DNA of 64,000 bases from the human T2T-CHM13v2.0 reference genome, Homo sapiens, in NCBI RefSeq assembly GCF_009914755.1, contig NC_060929.1; one strand, 5' to 3'. A program made the position numbers and the translations under genes. The notes beneath the pieces were generated by a model that was given only the letters and a program-made list of their open reading frames with translations, was not told the DNA's origin and did no database searches. Of this stretch, positions 43,759-56,604 are shown one piece after another; position 1 is the first letter of the stretch, and each line of letters opens with the position of its first letter.

Positions 43759-44162
43759 TTGTATAACAAAAAATAAATGCAGACTCAAATAAGGAGAGAG
43801 TTTATTCAAAAACACTCTCGCAATGGGGAAACGCTCTAACCTCAAGATCTGCAAGTGTCTCAAAAGTAAACAAAAAAGCAAAAAAAATAGGGAGGTTAGT
43901 GCTAGCAAGAACTTTGTGAATAATAGGGCAGATGGTAGACATGAGCCAACGACGTGGTCAGGATGGTTTAACATAAAATGTTTCTGTGGTCTGCCAATTT
44001 TCAGAATGAGCTGTTGAGAGGAATGTTCTGTAACTTGGTGCTTTAGTGCTTACTTGAGCTTGTAGGCAAGCCAATGTCTAGGGGCATTTAGGGAGGAGAA
44101 AAGCCTGACTAAAGTTCGGTCAAGACAAAGTATGTTGGGTAAATAATGGACAATTTTTAGCA
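43759..44162 (-). mobile_element. ERV1 solo LTR (MER31/MER67-group)
   Basis: aagcctgactaaagttcggtcaag is the reverse complement of the group motif cttgaccaaactttagtcaggct; gtttattc poly(A) signal near the left end. Confidence 0.6.
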
Positions 44163-44169
44163 CTTGGTC

Positions 44170-44640
44170 ACATTCAAGTCTTTGGTGCACAACGAATCAT
44201 CCCAAACTTAGTTTGTTTTTTTTTTTTTTTTAATGTTATTTAATTATATAATGATTCTACTGGGATATTTCTCTGTTGACTGGGCTGGGCTGATCTCAAA
44301 CCTGTCACTTGTATATCTGCATAAAGTTGACAGTTTGACAGGTGGCTTATCCTGGATGCTCTCTTTCACATGTCAGGCAGTGGCAGGCCTTCTACTGAAG
44401 TGATGGGGGTGACCCAGTGATATCACAGACTCAGACTATTTGAGGCTGGTTTATATAGCAGCAGAACTGTAAAAGAATGAGAGCAAAACCTGCAAGACCT
44501 CTTGAAATGTATGCTCAGAACTGACACTGTCATTTATGCTATATTCTATAGTTCAAACCCAGTAACAAAGCCAGACTTGATTCAAAGGATGAGGAGATAG
44601 ATTCTACTTTTTGATGGGAGGAGTTGCAAAGTACATATGG
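44170..44640 (-). mobile_element. old MLT1 MaLR LTR
   Basis: catcccaaacttagt, ctgggctgggctg, gcaagacctcttga, aaagccagacttgattcaaaggatgaggagatagattctac. Confidence 0.6.
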
Positions 44641-46729
44641 TATTCTGCCTTCATGTCATTCTAATGACTGATTATCATCAGATTTAATATTTGCTGTCTG
44701 CTTCCTTATTGCCACAAATCATTGCACACACCTACAACTGATTGGAAGACTAAACTATCTCAGACTAGCTCAGAACTTTGTTATAGTTGTTAGTTTTGAT
44801 TTTAAGTGTTTGTTGATTTTAATCGTTTAATTGTTTGTTGAGTCTTCCACTGCTGGCATGATGATCCAAAAGAATCCCATGATATAGATTAGACCCAACC
44901 CTTATAAGCAAATTAGGATATTATATTTTGTGTGATTTTCCAGGCCATTTTCTTTGTGATACCACGAAGAAACTGGACAATGGTCAGATCCTGTTGGAAT
45001 AAGATGGAAGCAAGCAAAATTCATGCATTGTTTTTACTTACACTCATACAGGTATAAAAATAGAAGCAGGCACTCTTCCCTGCTTCTAGGAAAACTGGAC
45101 ACAAAATATAGAAACTGAAGCTTATCCTCTCATTTAATTCACTAGGCCAAGTACCTTCCTACAATGATCTGGTAATTTTTATACACATACTAGCTATAAA
45201 ATAGGCCCCTGCCTTTTGTCGTATAAATTTCGTATAATTTTGTTGTTCTTTTCTGCTGCTGTTGTTCTGGTTTGTTATCATCATTAATGTGTTCTGTGTA
45301 TTCAGAAGTTTAGGTAAAATTAGATGACTCTAAACTCCGAGATCATTTCCCAAAGAGCTTTCTTCCAAGTTGTTATATTTCCTTAATAAATGCAAATGAA
45401 GTAATTATCTAGTTAAATTTTGACTAGGCATTATTCATTTGAGAAATTGTTGTTTTATCGTGCAAGGGAGGCATTTTTTCCACCTTTGGCACTTTACAAT
45501 AAACTCATTCTGATTTAAATTGATTGCTTTGGGATTATCTTGGAGTCATTAAAATATTGCTGTATTGACATTCACTAATGTCTTTAATTAGCAATTTCAA
45601 ATTCCAGTGTTTGGCATTAGTATGAACAGATATAATTTATAATATCACTATAGCTATTTATTCAGTTTTGTTTGTATATCTATTGAGTTTATAAAACACT
45701 TATTTGGCATTCTTGAGCTATATTCAAGCCATTAATGTTGGTAAAATATTTAGATTAGCATGTCTGCCTCTTTAATAAAGATATGGTTGAGATGCTGAAC
45801 TTCTCTGAACCTGGATTAAAATGAAGGGTATATTTTTATTTTGTTTTGTCACTTTCAAATAATTTTTAAACTTTACATTTGTTAGGAATTTAAAAGCTCC
45901 ACATACACAAAATGTAAGAATCTCTCACTATTTAGAAATTAGTGTTTTTCAAAAGCCAGACACTTTTGTTCAGAGGGATGAAAATGTTTTTACCTGGAAT
46001 CCTTGTACACATTGTAAGGTTATTCTCAACTGGCTTGGCACTTGCTCTTTTTGACAAATGTTATATTCATAGGGTTGCTTTTAAATTCCTGCAAAGAAAA
46101 AGCCTGAAAAAGAAGGAGACAGTCACAAAAGTACAAAAGCAAAAATTCGTCAATATAAATTGACCAGAGAACAACATTAGGCTGACGGGTTGAGTGCCTT
46201 TTCTCCATCCACATTCTCCTTCTTTTGAGACAATAAAGAAAAAAATAGAGATCATACACTTCGAGTTAGGATGGGGTTAGATCTGTATCTCCACATGATC
46301 ACCCCTTCTACCTATTAACTTGGTCATTTCCCCTCTGTAAAATAGTTTTCTGGCTACTAAACGGGCAGAAAGCAATATTGATTATATGGGACTGTTGTGA
46401 GAAGCAGACAAAATAAGGCCCCAGAAGAAATATGGTTTTGCACAGATGGTAATGATTACATTAGGTTCTCTTCCTTTCTTATATTCTATATATGCTTACC
46501 AGCAAGAATGGCAAAATGTTCTTCTTTAAACATGAGAACATCATAAAAGAATAAATTTTCTCTATTCTTTCACGAATGTGTTTTATATCAAGTCCTGAGT
46601 ATTCAAGTATATTGTTATAGGGCTTTCCAAAATAAGGGAGCTTTTACAGGGTGTCATTTTGTTTACCTCTTGGCTATAAGTAAGTTTAGTTTGAGATTTT
46701 AAAACTCATTTTTTATGGATGAATGTTAC

Positions 46730-47424
46730 TGAGCAAGGAGGATAGGGTCTGGAGGCAGGGAACCTAAGGCTGTTTCACGCTGACTTTCTAGAACTAAACT
46801 GAAAGGAAACTCCTAACTTTACACATCTAACAAAAGGAACAGAGGCTACTCTCTTTGACCTTTTCTGTGTGGCAAATGGAAAATTGGCTGTCTGCAACAA
46901 ATCAGACTGATTGCCCGCCCTGTCTTTGTTTGCAACTTTGTAACTTCACTCCTGCTTCTGAATGGTTACTGTCCACAACCAATCAGACTGATTGTGGGTG
47001 GAGCCTTTATTTGCATAGAAGTATAACTTCACCCTATCCCGATTGGTTGCTTTTTGCAACCAATCAGATATTTGTCCAGGACTGTGACTTTTGTAACTTC
47101 ACTTCAGCTTCTGATTGGCTGCTTTCTGTAACCAATCAGACTGAGTGTGGGCTACCACTTCATTTACATGAGTTGAGCATCAGGTGGCCAATGGGAGACT
47201 TCTAGGGAGTGTTTGGACCCAAGAAGATTCTGTTCTGGGCCTCTGAGCCACTGCTGAGGTCCACTCCCACACTGCGTGCAGTGTGCTTTCGTTTTCAATA
47301 AATTCCTGCTTTCGTTCTTCTGTTGCTTTATTCTTTCTTTTCTTTGCTGTGAGATTTGTCGAATTCTTTGTTCAAAACACCAAGAACCTGGACAACTTGC
47401 AGTCACGATCCTCTACCAGTGCCA
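46730..47424 (+). mobile_element. MER51 (MER51A/B) solo LTR
   Basis: atagggtctggaggcagggaacctaaggc start; repeated CCAAT units; caataaa; tctttgttcaaaacaccaagaacctggac end. Confidence 0.88.
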
Positions 47425-47519
47425 TAACCTGGAAACCATTACAACTATAGGATGAAAGTACAGTGAAAAACCACATTAGTAGTACTGTGATGTTTATAAC
47501 CCTCCAGTATTTCAGGTCC

Positions 47520-47890
47520 AATTTAACTAGGGCCCTTTGCTGTAGCGTTCCTTAAGCTTGAAACATTATTCTAGAAGATATTTTCACTACTGCCTTTTTT
47601 TCATCATTAGGGTTTTATCTTCCTGACAACGCTAGCTAAAGGAGAAATCTCTCATTAGCCACTCTCAGTCAAATGCCTCCTTAGACTCTTGTTCTTAGCA
47701 CTCAGAACAAGAAATCTTATGTGTTTATGTATAAATGGTTAATATCTGTATCCTTTTAAAATATGTAAACTCCTTTAGGCCAGAACTCTAATTTCTTTGT
47801 CATCCCTATATCTTCAGTGTACAGAATAACATGTGCTACATAATATTCACTTCATATGAGTTAATATTTGTTAACTGATGAGTAGGTGAG
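47520..47890 (+). mobile_element. LINE-2 3' end
   Basis: atgtaaactcctttaggccagaactc...aatatttgttaactgatgagt. Confidence 0.5.
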
Positions 47891-48019
47891 AGTATTTCAC
47901 TTTTCAATCTTTAAATTTCTTTATATTCTCTCTAGATTTTTTTTATTTTTCTAACTATGAACTGTTGACAGTTACAGATGGATCTGGATACATTTCTTCT
48001 TAAAACCCTAATAAGCAAT

Positions 48020-48389
48020 TTATATGGTTTGGATTTGTGTCCCCACCCAAATCTCATGTTGAACTATAAACCTCAATGTTGGAGGAGGGGCTTGGTGGGA
48101 GGTGATTGGATCATGACAGTGGATCCCCCCTGATGTTCTCATGACAGTGAGTGAGTTCTTATGATATCTGATTGTTTAAAAGTGTGTGGCACCTCCCCCT
48201 CTCTCTTGTCCTTCTTCTCTGGCCATGTAAGATGTGCCAGCTTCCCCTTCCACCATAATTATAAGTTTCTTGAGGCCTCCTCTGCCATGCTTCCTTTACA
48301 GCCTGCAGAACTGAGTCAATTAAATCTTTTTTCTTTGTAAATTGCCCAGTCTCAAGTAGTCTATAGCAATGCAAGAATGAACTAATACA
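48020..48389 (+). mobile_element. MSTA MaLR solo LTR
   Basis: atatggtttggatttgtgtccccacccaaatctcatgttgaa...gaactaataca; 5-bp TSD GCAAT. Confidence 0.92.
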
Positions 48390-48650
48390 GCAATTGACTG
48401 TGACTTATTTGTGTACAATGATTAAAATATTCCTTACCATACTGAATATATTCAGGGTACCTTAATGATGTAAAGAGTCCAGAGCTAAATGAAGAATCAC
48501 ATGAAGCAGGATCAGATGCCATCCATTTCAATGCTAAAAAAAAGGAATACATATTTTAAGGCATATTTTAATATATAGAATAGATAGGCTATTTAGACAG
48601 TTTAAAAATTGAGAATCAAATGTTTCAGAAAGTCTATCTTAATATACATG

Positions 48651-49129
48651 TAACAAAGATGATTGTCTTGACCAAATTTTATTCAGGCTCCTGAACCTTG
48701 TAGGATCATCTGTATACTTGCTTGTAAAAATCCAGTTTTGGAAGAAGCCCCCTGCTAAATCAGTTCGGTAAGAACCTCCCACCCTCATAATCTTATCACC
48801 TTTTATATTAGTGAGGATTTCCATCCTCCACCATCCCTAGGTAATGTCTAATCACCTTGGCATCTCTTCAGCAAGCATCCTGTTACATAGGTTTAGCCTG
48901 AATCCCTCTTACTTTTAAGTTACCTCTTAGTTATTTTTTATCCATTGACTGCCATCCTGCTGCAAGGATACAAATTCCCACTTTCCCATACTATATTTAG
49001 AATCGAGTCTTATCTTTTTCCCTCACTACAAAATACCACTTCCATGACCTCCAAATGTATAGCAGTGGTCCTGAATAAAGTCCGCCTTACTGTATTTTAA
49101 CAAATAACATTGTTTTTTTATCTTTAACA
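48651..49129 (+). mobile_element. MER31-like solo LTR
   Basis: cttgaccaaattttattcaggctcctgaacc...ggtcctgaataaagtc...tctttaaca; 4-bp TSD CATG. Confidence 0.8.
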
Positions 49130-50339
49130 CATGGTAAAGCATCTATATTAAAATATAATTTTTATGCCTATAGCTTTGGATATTAAATGGATCGACACTT
49201 TGGAAAAGAGACTCCTATAGCTATTTTAATTCTCCTGTCCCATTACACTTTATCTCCTTACTGCTTAGTTTTGAGCTCAAAATGTGATACAAGCTCTTCC
49301 TGTATGAATATTAAAGGATCTAATAATTATAGTTTAATAAAATGAAACTCAAGGGTGAGATTCATCAACTAGAGAAATGTAGATTTTTTTCATGCAATTT
49401 AATAACATCAAATGGACTCTATAATCATTTTCCATATAAAGGATCAAAAATGGCTTAACTGGGCTTATGCAGGTAGTTAAAAATATGCTCAGATGGATCA
49501 TATGGAAGTACAGAAATATCATTTAATGTTAAATTTTATTATTCGTTTTATATATAGTAAAAATTAGATTGGCTACTTGACATTTAGTATTTAACTTTTT
49601 TAGGGTTAGACATAGAAACATTGAAATAAAGGACTGAAAAAGATATTTAGGCCACTTAAATACTTAGTATGCAATATCTAATCTTGTGAAGAATAGTTGT
49701 TAATACCATAATTACAGACCCTCTAGAGAAAAGTGTTAACAATACTCCATAAGATTTCACTAATGTAATTTTGATATATAGATATGGAGTATTTTTTACG
49801 CAAGTCCTGAGCACGTATAAACTAGGAAGTGAATCTTCATATATGAGGTCTCTAGTTGTAGTCCTTAGCAGGAGAAACTGATTTTTCATGATATGTTAGG
49901 GCAGGGGATACATAATCAGAACATTAAAATAAAACACACAATAAGGACTTCAGAAGAAAATGCACTCCTAACTGAATTTGAAATTAGATGGTATGATAAA
50001 AGTAGAAAAAGGAAAATCCCTAGCATTACGAGTTAACTGAATTTCTCATGCTATTTGCTCACATAGGAACAATTTGACTTTGAGAAAGTGAAAGAAATTC
50101 ACTGAGTCTCATTTTCTCATCTGTTAAATGGCAAGGGTACTACTTTCACGTAAACAGCATAAGGATTAATATTCATAAGATTATAGGTAAACATTCCATT
50201 ATTTAATATACAGTTTTCAGCCATTTACTGGAGGTCTTATATTGTGAAATAAGACATAAATATAAAGAAAAGGTATAAAGCTTAGAAAGAAAATTACAGC
50301 TCTCGTGGTTTGCAGATAACATAGTTGTATAAATGTAAA

Positions 50340-50860
50340 ATTCACGAAACTATTAATAATGAATAGGTAAGTGAATTAATCAAGTTTGATAGACACAAAG
50401 TTAATATTAAAAATCACTTTTTAAATAAATACTAGCAATAATATATAAGTGTTATATATGTGTAATTTAGAAGGATAAGAAAATAATACCAGCAATATAT
50501 CTAATGAAAGATGGATAAAACATCTACACTAAAATAGTAACAGAATTCTTGCAAAATTTAATATTTGCAATAATAGCTATAAAGCTTAATATTTTTAAAA
50601 TTTTAATTCACTTCAGAATATCTCTCAAAATACCAGATTTTTTATGTGTAGAAATTCACAAACTGATTTTAGAATTTAGAGTGAAATAGAAAACATCAAG
50701 AATATCCATGACAATTTTAAAAACTGAAGTTTGAGGATTTTCTCAATTAGAAGTCAGAAATCCTTCAAGTCCAAAATTCATATAACATGAAGATATTGGT
50801 CAAATAGTATATAGTATATATTAGAAGGCAATGAAAGAGATTAAAGACTCAAAATCTCTG
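50340..50860 (+). mobile_element. old L1M ORF2 fragment
   Basis: gtagaaattcacaaactgattttagaattt, atctacactaaaa. Confidence 0.55.
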
Positions 50861-51409
50861 CCACCTCTATAGGGTGTCCTGCAATCATAATATCGGACAC
50901 TGTGGAGTAATAAAAATAAACTAGATATTGTGGTGACGCACTGTTTGGACATTTCTTTAAAATATTTTATTGAGTGTAAAACATAATAATTGAACAGTTT
51001 GAGGGGTCACAAAATGCATATTGAGGTAACACAATGCATTAGAATGTGAAATAAAATTCACATGAATTAAGGATCTTACCCAATATGGCTAATAATTTTA
51101 AGATAGCAAAAAACGAGATAATTGTAAATCAGGCAGAGGTTGCCAGTGCTTGGCTATTTCTGCTGAATGTAGGGCTTTTTAAAAGGACCATGTGTATTCT
51201 GGAATGCCCCACTGACTTTATGAAGAGTCAAATTTGTTTCACAATAGGTGGATCTCCTTGCCCAATTTTCCTTTTACGTTTCAAATAGATATTACAGTCC
51301 GAAGACTTTCCTAACTAACTCATTCCTTTTCCTTCTGTCTTGCACAATAAAATGCTGACATTTCTAACTCTCAGGTATTCTGCTTTCCAGATAGCCAACT
51401 TAACATACC

Positions 51410-52570
51410 TGGTGTCAGGAGTGATTCAAGGATGCAGCTGGAAAAATGTGGATTTGGGACTAGATCTCTCACTACCTGACTGTTAATGATGATCTAATCT
51501 TGTAAGGTATGTAGGGCATGGATAGTCTATGGTACAAAACTGTGGTCCAATTTCTGAAGTTTAACCTTAGGAGGTATGGTAATATTCCAGTGGAGAGAAA
51601 TACCCAGGTTGTTATAATTGTTTAGTAATATGAAAAGTAGAGAGTGACAGATAATGTGTACAAGGAAAATTAAATTGGTTGGTTGTTATTAAATTTGTTT
51701 CTCAGTGTCCTATATAGTGACATCATCAGGCTGGGAACAGTTCTGACATTGGTGACTGAATATGAAGTGTAAAACATCTTTTTGGTAGCTCACAAAGAGA
51801 ATAATTGGTGATTAAGTACAAAGTGCAAAATGTGTCTTGGTAGCTTGCAAAGCACCTTATCTCCTGTAATGAGAGAGAAAATAATTCAAAAGATCAAGCC
51901 CAGGATTTACTAGTTCGAGTTCCTGAGCTTTAAACACGATTCAGCCTTTAGCCCAAGTAAGTCTGTTATAACAAGCTCAGTGTCCTTGTTGGGAAATCTG
52001 AATCTTTCACACATGGACTAGGGGCGCATAGGCAGATGCTTCTGAAGACCAAAAGTACTATAATCCCTACAAACTCCCATTATAAAGATATTATACAGAG
52101 GCCAGATAATGGATGGGGTCATGGCTAAAGTTATCATTACAGCAGGACTTTTGGGTTTCCAAATGTAAAATTGAGACAGACACTTGGCAATTGTAGTACT
52201 TCTCACATTTGCTCTTAGACTATAGAGTAAAACCTATTGTAGTAGAAAAGATAAAGTGGAGGGCTCTGAAACTAACATTCCTATCTCCATCAATAAACAA
52301 TCTAGTAAATCACAAATAATACTGCAACGTGGGTGGAGTGGTGAAGATTAGTGCAATACTCGGGCATCTAATGAATTCAAAAATGGCAGTGCCTATTTTA
52401 TCTTCATTTTATCCAACATTCTGGACACTGAAGAAAAAGTAACCTGAAAGATGGCTCAAATACCACTACAAGGTCGACAACATAGTATACAATATAGCAG
52501 ATGCTATCAGAAGATGGTGCATTTGCTAGAGCAGATTATAGGTACAGTTTCAACATTTAAAGGCATTTGC
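51410..52570 (+). mobile_element. ancient ERVL-class (HERV16/ERV3-16-like) internal remnant with tRNA-Leu PBS
   Basis: TGGTGTCAGGAGTG is complementary to the tRNA-Leu(CAG) 3' end; 52315-52480 resembles decayed ERVL RT (QYRIPGG.AEISA..PFNSPIWP). Confidence 0.6.
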
Positions 52571-54125
52571 TGCCCAGTTTTGTTTTTTTTTCCCCTTCCT
52601 TCTATCTTTTATAACTTTAACATATCATTTACTGCTGGCAATCTTAACCTCACTTCAGCATCTCCTTCCTGAAGGACTCCACCAGCCTAAATGTCAAACA
52701 TGACAATAGTCAAAGCATGCCTAAAACACAATATATTTAAGCATGAGATGTTGCCTTGTGCAAACCTGTTGTAGCTCAAAATGATAAAAATATGTTCTTA
52801 TCTGTATATGTGATAGTTAACAAATAGAAAGACCTGACACCAAATCTCTGAGATTAGTGTGCTCGAGAATGTCCTTTTCCTGAGGCTGAATATGCAGGCC
52901 ACTGCTCCTCGTGTTTGATGGTTATAGCTCTTTGCTTATTATACTGACAACCTTCAGGAGAGGCATGTGAGACTCAGGTAAAACTGTTGTGAGTCACCGG
53001 TGACCTGAAGTTATTATGTTTCAAGGAGTAATGTTTGTGCTAAGTTATTATGAAGGAATAGCAACTGATACACTCCAGAAAGGCTACATAATTAATAATA
53101 TCTTGTAAGTTCTTATTCAATGCTCATCCTTCTACCTTTTTGTATGTGTAAACTAGGATGGTTCAGTATTTAATATTCCTCTTTACTTAACTGTGAAGAT
53201 CTGTGTCTAGAGAAGCATAGTTTTGCACAGTGGTAAATATATCATGTTATTTGCCTCATCTAACTTCATTAATCCATCTCTTTATTCAAAACTTAATTAT
53301 ATCAAATATTTTAATGTGGTCTTATGTATTTGTTTTTCACCCATTAGCATCTTGTATTTAATGTAAGAGTATCGCAGAGGCTTCTCTAGTTATAAAATTT
53401 CAGAGAGATTTTATTATTCAGCATTTAATATTCCAGCAGAGGACAATTAATGTCATCAAACATGATATTATTCCATAAATTCATTATTTCCTCTTGATAT
53501 ACATTTTGTGAGGAGGAGTGAAGAAAAGGATTACTTGTAAATTTTTTGAGAAAAATAATATATAAAATTCTACTTATTGTGAGGCTGTCGAAATTATTTA
53601 AAGAATTCAATATAAATGTATTTTAAAAATATTCCTGCCAAAAATAATTTCAAGACTAACAATAACCTTTTATCTTAACATTTTTGTTGATGTTAAATGA
53701 AAAGTCAAGAATTATCACAGTATGCCAAGTAGAGTGTCTGATATAGTCCATGTTCACTGTAGGGCATTTTCCCATGATTAAAGAGAAGGGTGGGGAAGTG
53801 AAACAAATATATTTACACACCACAGAAAGACTCTCTTTGAGAATTAAAAGTAGCAGCTATAAAGAAGGCTGTTTCACCATGTAGAGATTCACTAGGAATG
53901 TTGAATTTGAAGTGAGCTAGCTATTATTTAAAGAGAGTAAACGATACCTTGTATTGCATTGGTAGAATATAATTAATATTCTTATGATCTTATAATTTTA
54001 GTGTATGGCTGTCTTGAGAAATACATGAATCATGGATCTCTGTTGGATGGGTATTCAGATGATCCTCCAAATCTTCCTTTTACAAATAAGAAAATGGTAT
54101 AGTAAACATTAGATGAAGAAGCTCT

Positions 54126-54512
54126 TGTTAGAGATCCAAGCTACCCCTCCTCCTCCTCCATGACCTTCTCAATACAGTCCTTTGTGACCACCTACAAGCA
54201 CCCCCAACCCTTTTCTACAGCTGCTTGTGCAAGACTTTCAGTAGAACTGGTAAATAGTTCCAGGATGCGGTTAAGACATCTGTCCACCTTGCCTAGCCGA
54301 GCAGGCAAAAACATTTCCACGAAACAGTTGCAACACCTGCAACACTACTCAGTTTCCGCCACCCCAACCTAACCCCTTGCCCTATAAAACCCCACAGCAG
54401 CCTGTAAGCGGGGCTGCCTCCTCTGTTTACAGTGGAGCAGCCCAGCAGGTTAATAAAAACTTGCTTGCCTGACTTTGGGGTCCACTCGTTCCTTCTCTTG
54501 GCTAACCTTACA
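54126..54512 (+). repeat. 5' LTR (TG...CA; TATAAAA 54383; AATAAA 54452)
   Basis: direct repeat of 60191-60568. Confidence 0.95.
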
Positions 54513-54515
54513 TTT

Positions 54516-54533
54516 TGGTGCCGAAACCCAGGA
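54516..54533 (+). promoter_or_regulatory. primer-binding site for tRNA-Phe
   Basis: TGGTGCCGAAACCCAGGA matches the complement of the tRNA-Phe 3' end (TGGTGCCGAAACCCGGGA) at 17/18 positions. Confidence 0.92.
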
Positions 54534-54760
54534 AGGGGTAGGCTCTGGCTGGGTGTCCCTAGAGGACACTCTCTATCTCCCTTTCCCTCTCCCTTTTGCT
54601 CCCTCACTCCTCCCAGGCTCAGTTGTCGCAATGCACTGGAGCCTCGGTTCCCTTCCCTATCTCCCGGCCACCCTCCCCTTCCTGAACCTGTGGAAGACCC
54701 GGGGAATTTCTCGGACCCTCCCATTGTTGGCAACTTCATTCATCACTAGAGTCTACACAG

Positions 54761-54768
54761 AGGTGAGT
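54761..54768 (+). promoter_or_regulatory. probable retroviral major splice donor AG|GTGAGT
   Basis: consensus 5' splice site in the leader between the PBS and gag. Confidence 0.6.
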
Positions 54769-55005
54769 AAGAGAGACTCTTGCCATTTACCCAGGACCCT
54801 TGACAATCTCTGTCTTCCTGAAAGACCCAGCGCTGGGCCAAGGGCTCCCTCTCATCTGTAGGCCTCCGGCATCTCCGTTTCAGGGATGCCAGACTCTGTG
54901 GTTGCCTTCCGTATACTAAACAAAACCCCTGGGACTGGGGACGCCCGCTCCTGCTGTCCTAGCCACCGGCAGTCTCTTCTTCCTCTGCCCCCACCTCCAT
55001 CCGCT

Positions 55006-56604
55006 ATGGAAGCCTCTCACTCTACTCTGTCTAAAAGTATTCCCCCCCCCGGGGTGCCTCTTGCACAACCTCAACACTCTCGGCCTCCATTCAGAGGTTT
55101 GTCCCAAGAGGCTTATTTTATACTGTAATACGACTTGGCCACAATATAAATTAAACAATGGCTCCCAGTGGCCTGCAAATGGTCCTTTTGATTTCAATAT
55201 ACTCAGGTACTTAGACAATTTTTGCCATTGCAGTGGGAAATGGTCTGAAATTCCTTATGTTCAGGCTTTCTTCACCTTCTGTAACTGCCCTTCCCTTTGC
55301 CAATCCCACTCCACTTTCCAAATCCTCCTCGCTGGTTATAAACCCAACTTGCTCTCAGCAGACCCCACTTGTCTACCAACCAACGACTCCTCCTTTGACC
55401 CTGCAGACTTCCCCACTCCCCGGACTTATCCTGTTCCTCCTCCAGAACATCATGACCATGACCATAGGCTTCTGCCCCAGCATTTCCCCTCTTCCTCCTC
55501 TCTCTAACCACCCCGCTTCCGATTCTGAGCTCTCTCCGTCTCCAACCCTTACCTGCTCTCGGACCCAACATGCCCAACAACCAGCTCCCATGCTTCCCCT
55601 CTGGAAGTTTGCTAGGGCTGAAGGAATTGTCCGTGTCCATGTTCCTTTCTCTCTAACCCATCTTTCCCCAAATCGAAAAGCATCTCAGGCAGGTCCTTCT
55701 CCTCCGATCCCGATACTTATACCAAAGAGTTGAAACATCTCATGATCCTTATATAATTCCCTCTTCCACCCTCCTTCCAGAAGAAAAGGAAAGAGCGTGG
55801 CTCACGGCCCAGGCACACACTGATGACCTCCATAGGCAAGATGATACTAAGCCAGTAGGGTCCACGGCAGTATCCTGAGAAGAGCCCTCCTGGGAATACC
55901 AACCCACGGACCCTGGCCAAGCATCCCGTAACCATATGGTCACTTGCCTCATTGCAGGCCTTAACAAAGCTGCTCACAAAGCTGTAAATTAAAAAAAAAA
56001 AAAAAATTCAAAGAAATTTCCCAGAGGGCAGATAAAAATCCCACTACATTTCTCTCTCGCCTTACAGAGGATCTCAAAAATACATCTGCATTGATCCTGC
56101 TACCCCAGAAGGCACTATACTTCTTAATATCCATTTTATCTCCCAGTCAGCTCCCGACATCTGGCATAAACTTAAAAAAGCCAAAGAAGGCCCTCAAACC
56201 CCACAACAAGACCTTCTCAACCTGCCTTTCAAAGTCTTTAATGATAGGGATGAGCAGGAAAAAATAAATAAGGCCCAACAAGATCGTGCCAAATACCAGC
56301 TACCAGCTGCAGTTATTCACCAACCTGGCATTAGCACCCAAGGGCACAAAAGACCCAAGAGCAGTCTTCCTCCTGGGGCCTGTTTTAAGTTTGGCAAAGA
56401 AGGCCACTGGGCAAGGGCATGTCCTAACCCACAAGTACCGAAGAGCCCCTGCCCAGCCTGCCAACAGGCCACTGGAAATCTGACTGCCCTCTTTACAGGC
56501 AAACAAAAAAGCCTGGCTCCCCAAGCCGTTGTCCCCTCATCAAGCCAAAAAGTGAAGAATCACTCGCACTCCCACAGCTCCTCAGCCTGGCCGCTAAAGA
56601 CTGA
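55006..56604 (+). pseudogene. gag: ERV gag, frameshifted
   Basis: LILYCNTTWPQYKL..WP..G.FDF..GKWSEIPYVQAFF, VHVPFS, two zinc knuckles (CFKFGKEGHWARAC; CPACQQ.GHWKSDC), TGA at 56602. Confidence 0.9.

Noticed and set aside
46880-47200. CRISPR-like repeat-spacer pattern
   Set aside because: These are degenerate LTR enhancer repeats in human DNA, with no unique spacers and no cas genes.
46855-47205. 116-aa ORF with internal repeats (WLLSTTNQTDC)
   Set aside because: It reflects the DNA-level CCAAT repeat units of MER51.
54516-54533. tRNA gene (also 51410-51429)
   Set aside because: Only 14-18 nt are complementary to a tRNA 3' end including CCA; these are primer-binding sites.
54160-55218. Overlapping 100-148 aa ORFs on both strands in the LTR and leader
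   Set aside because: C-rich LTR/leader DNA has few stop codons, and the products show no protein motifs.
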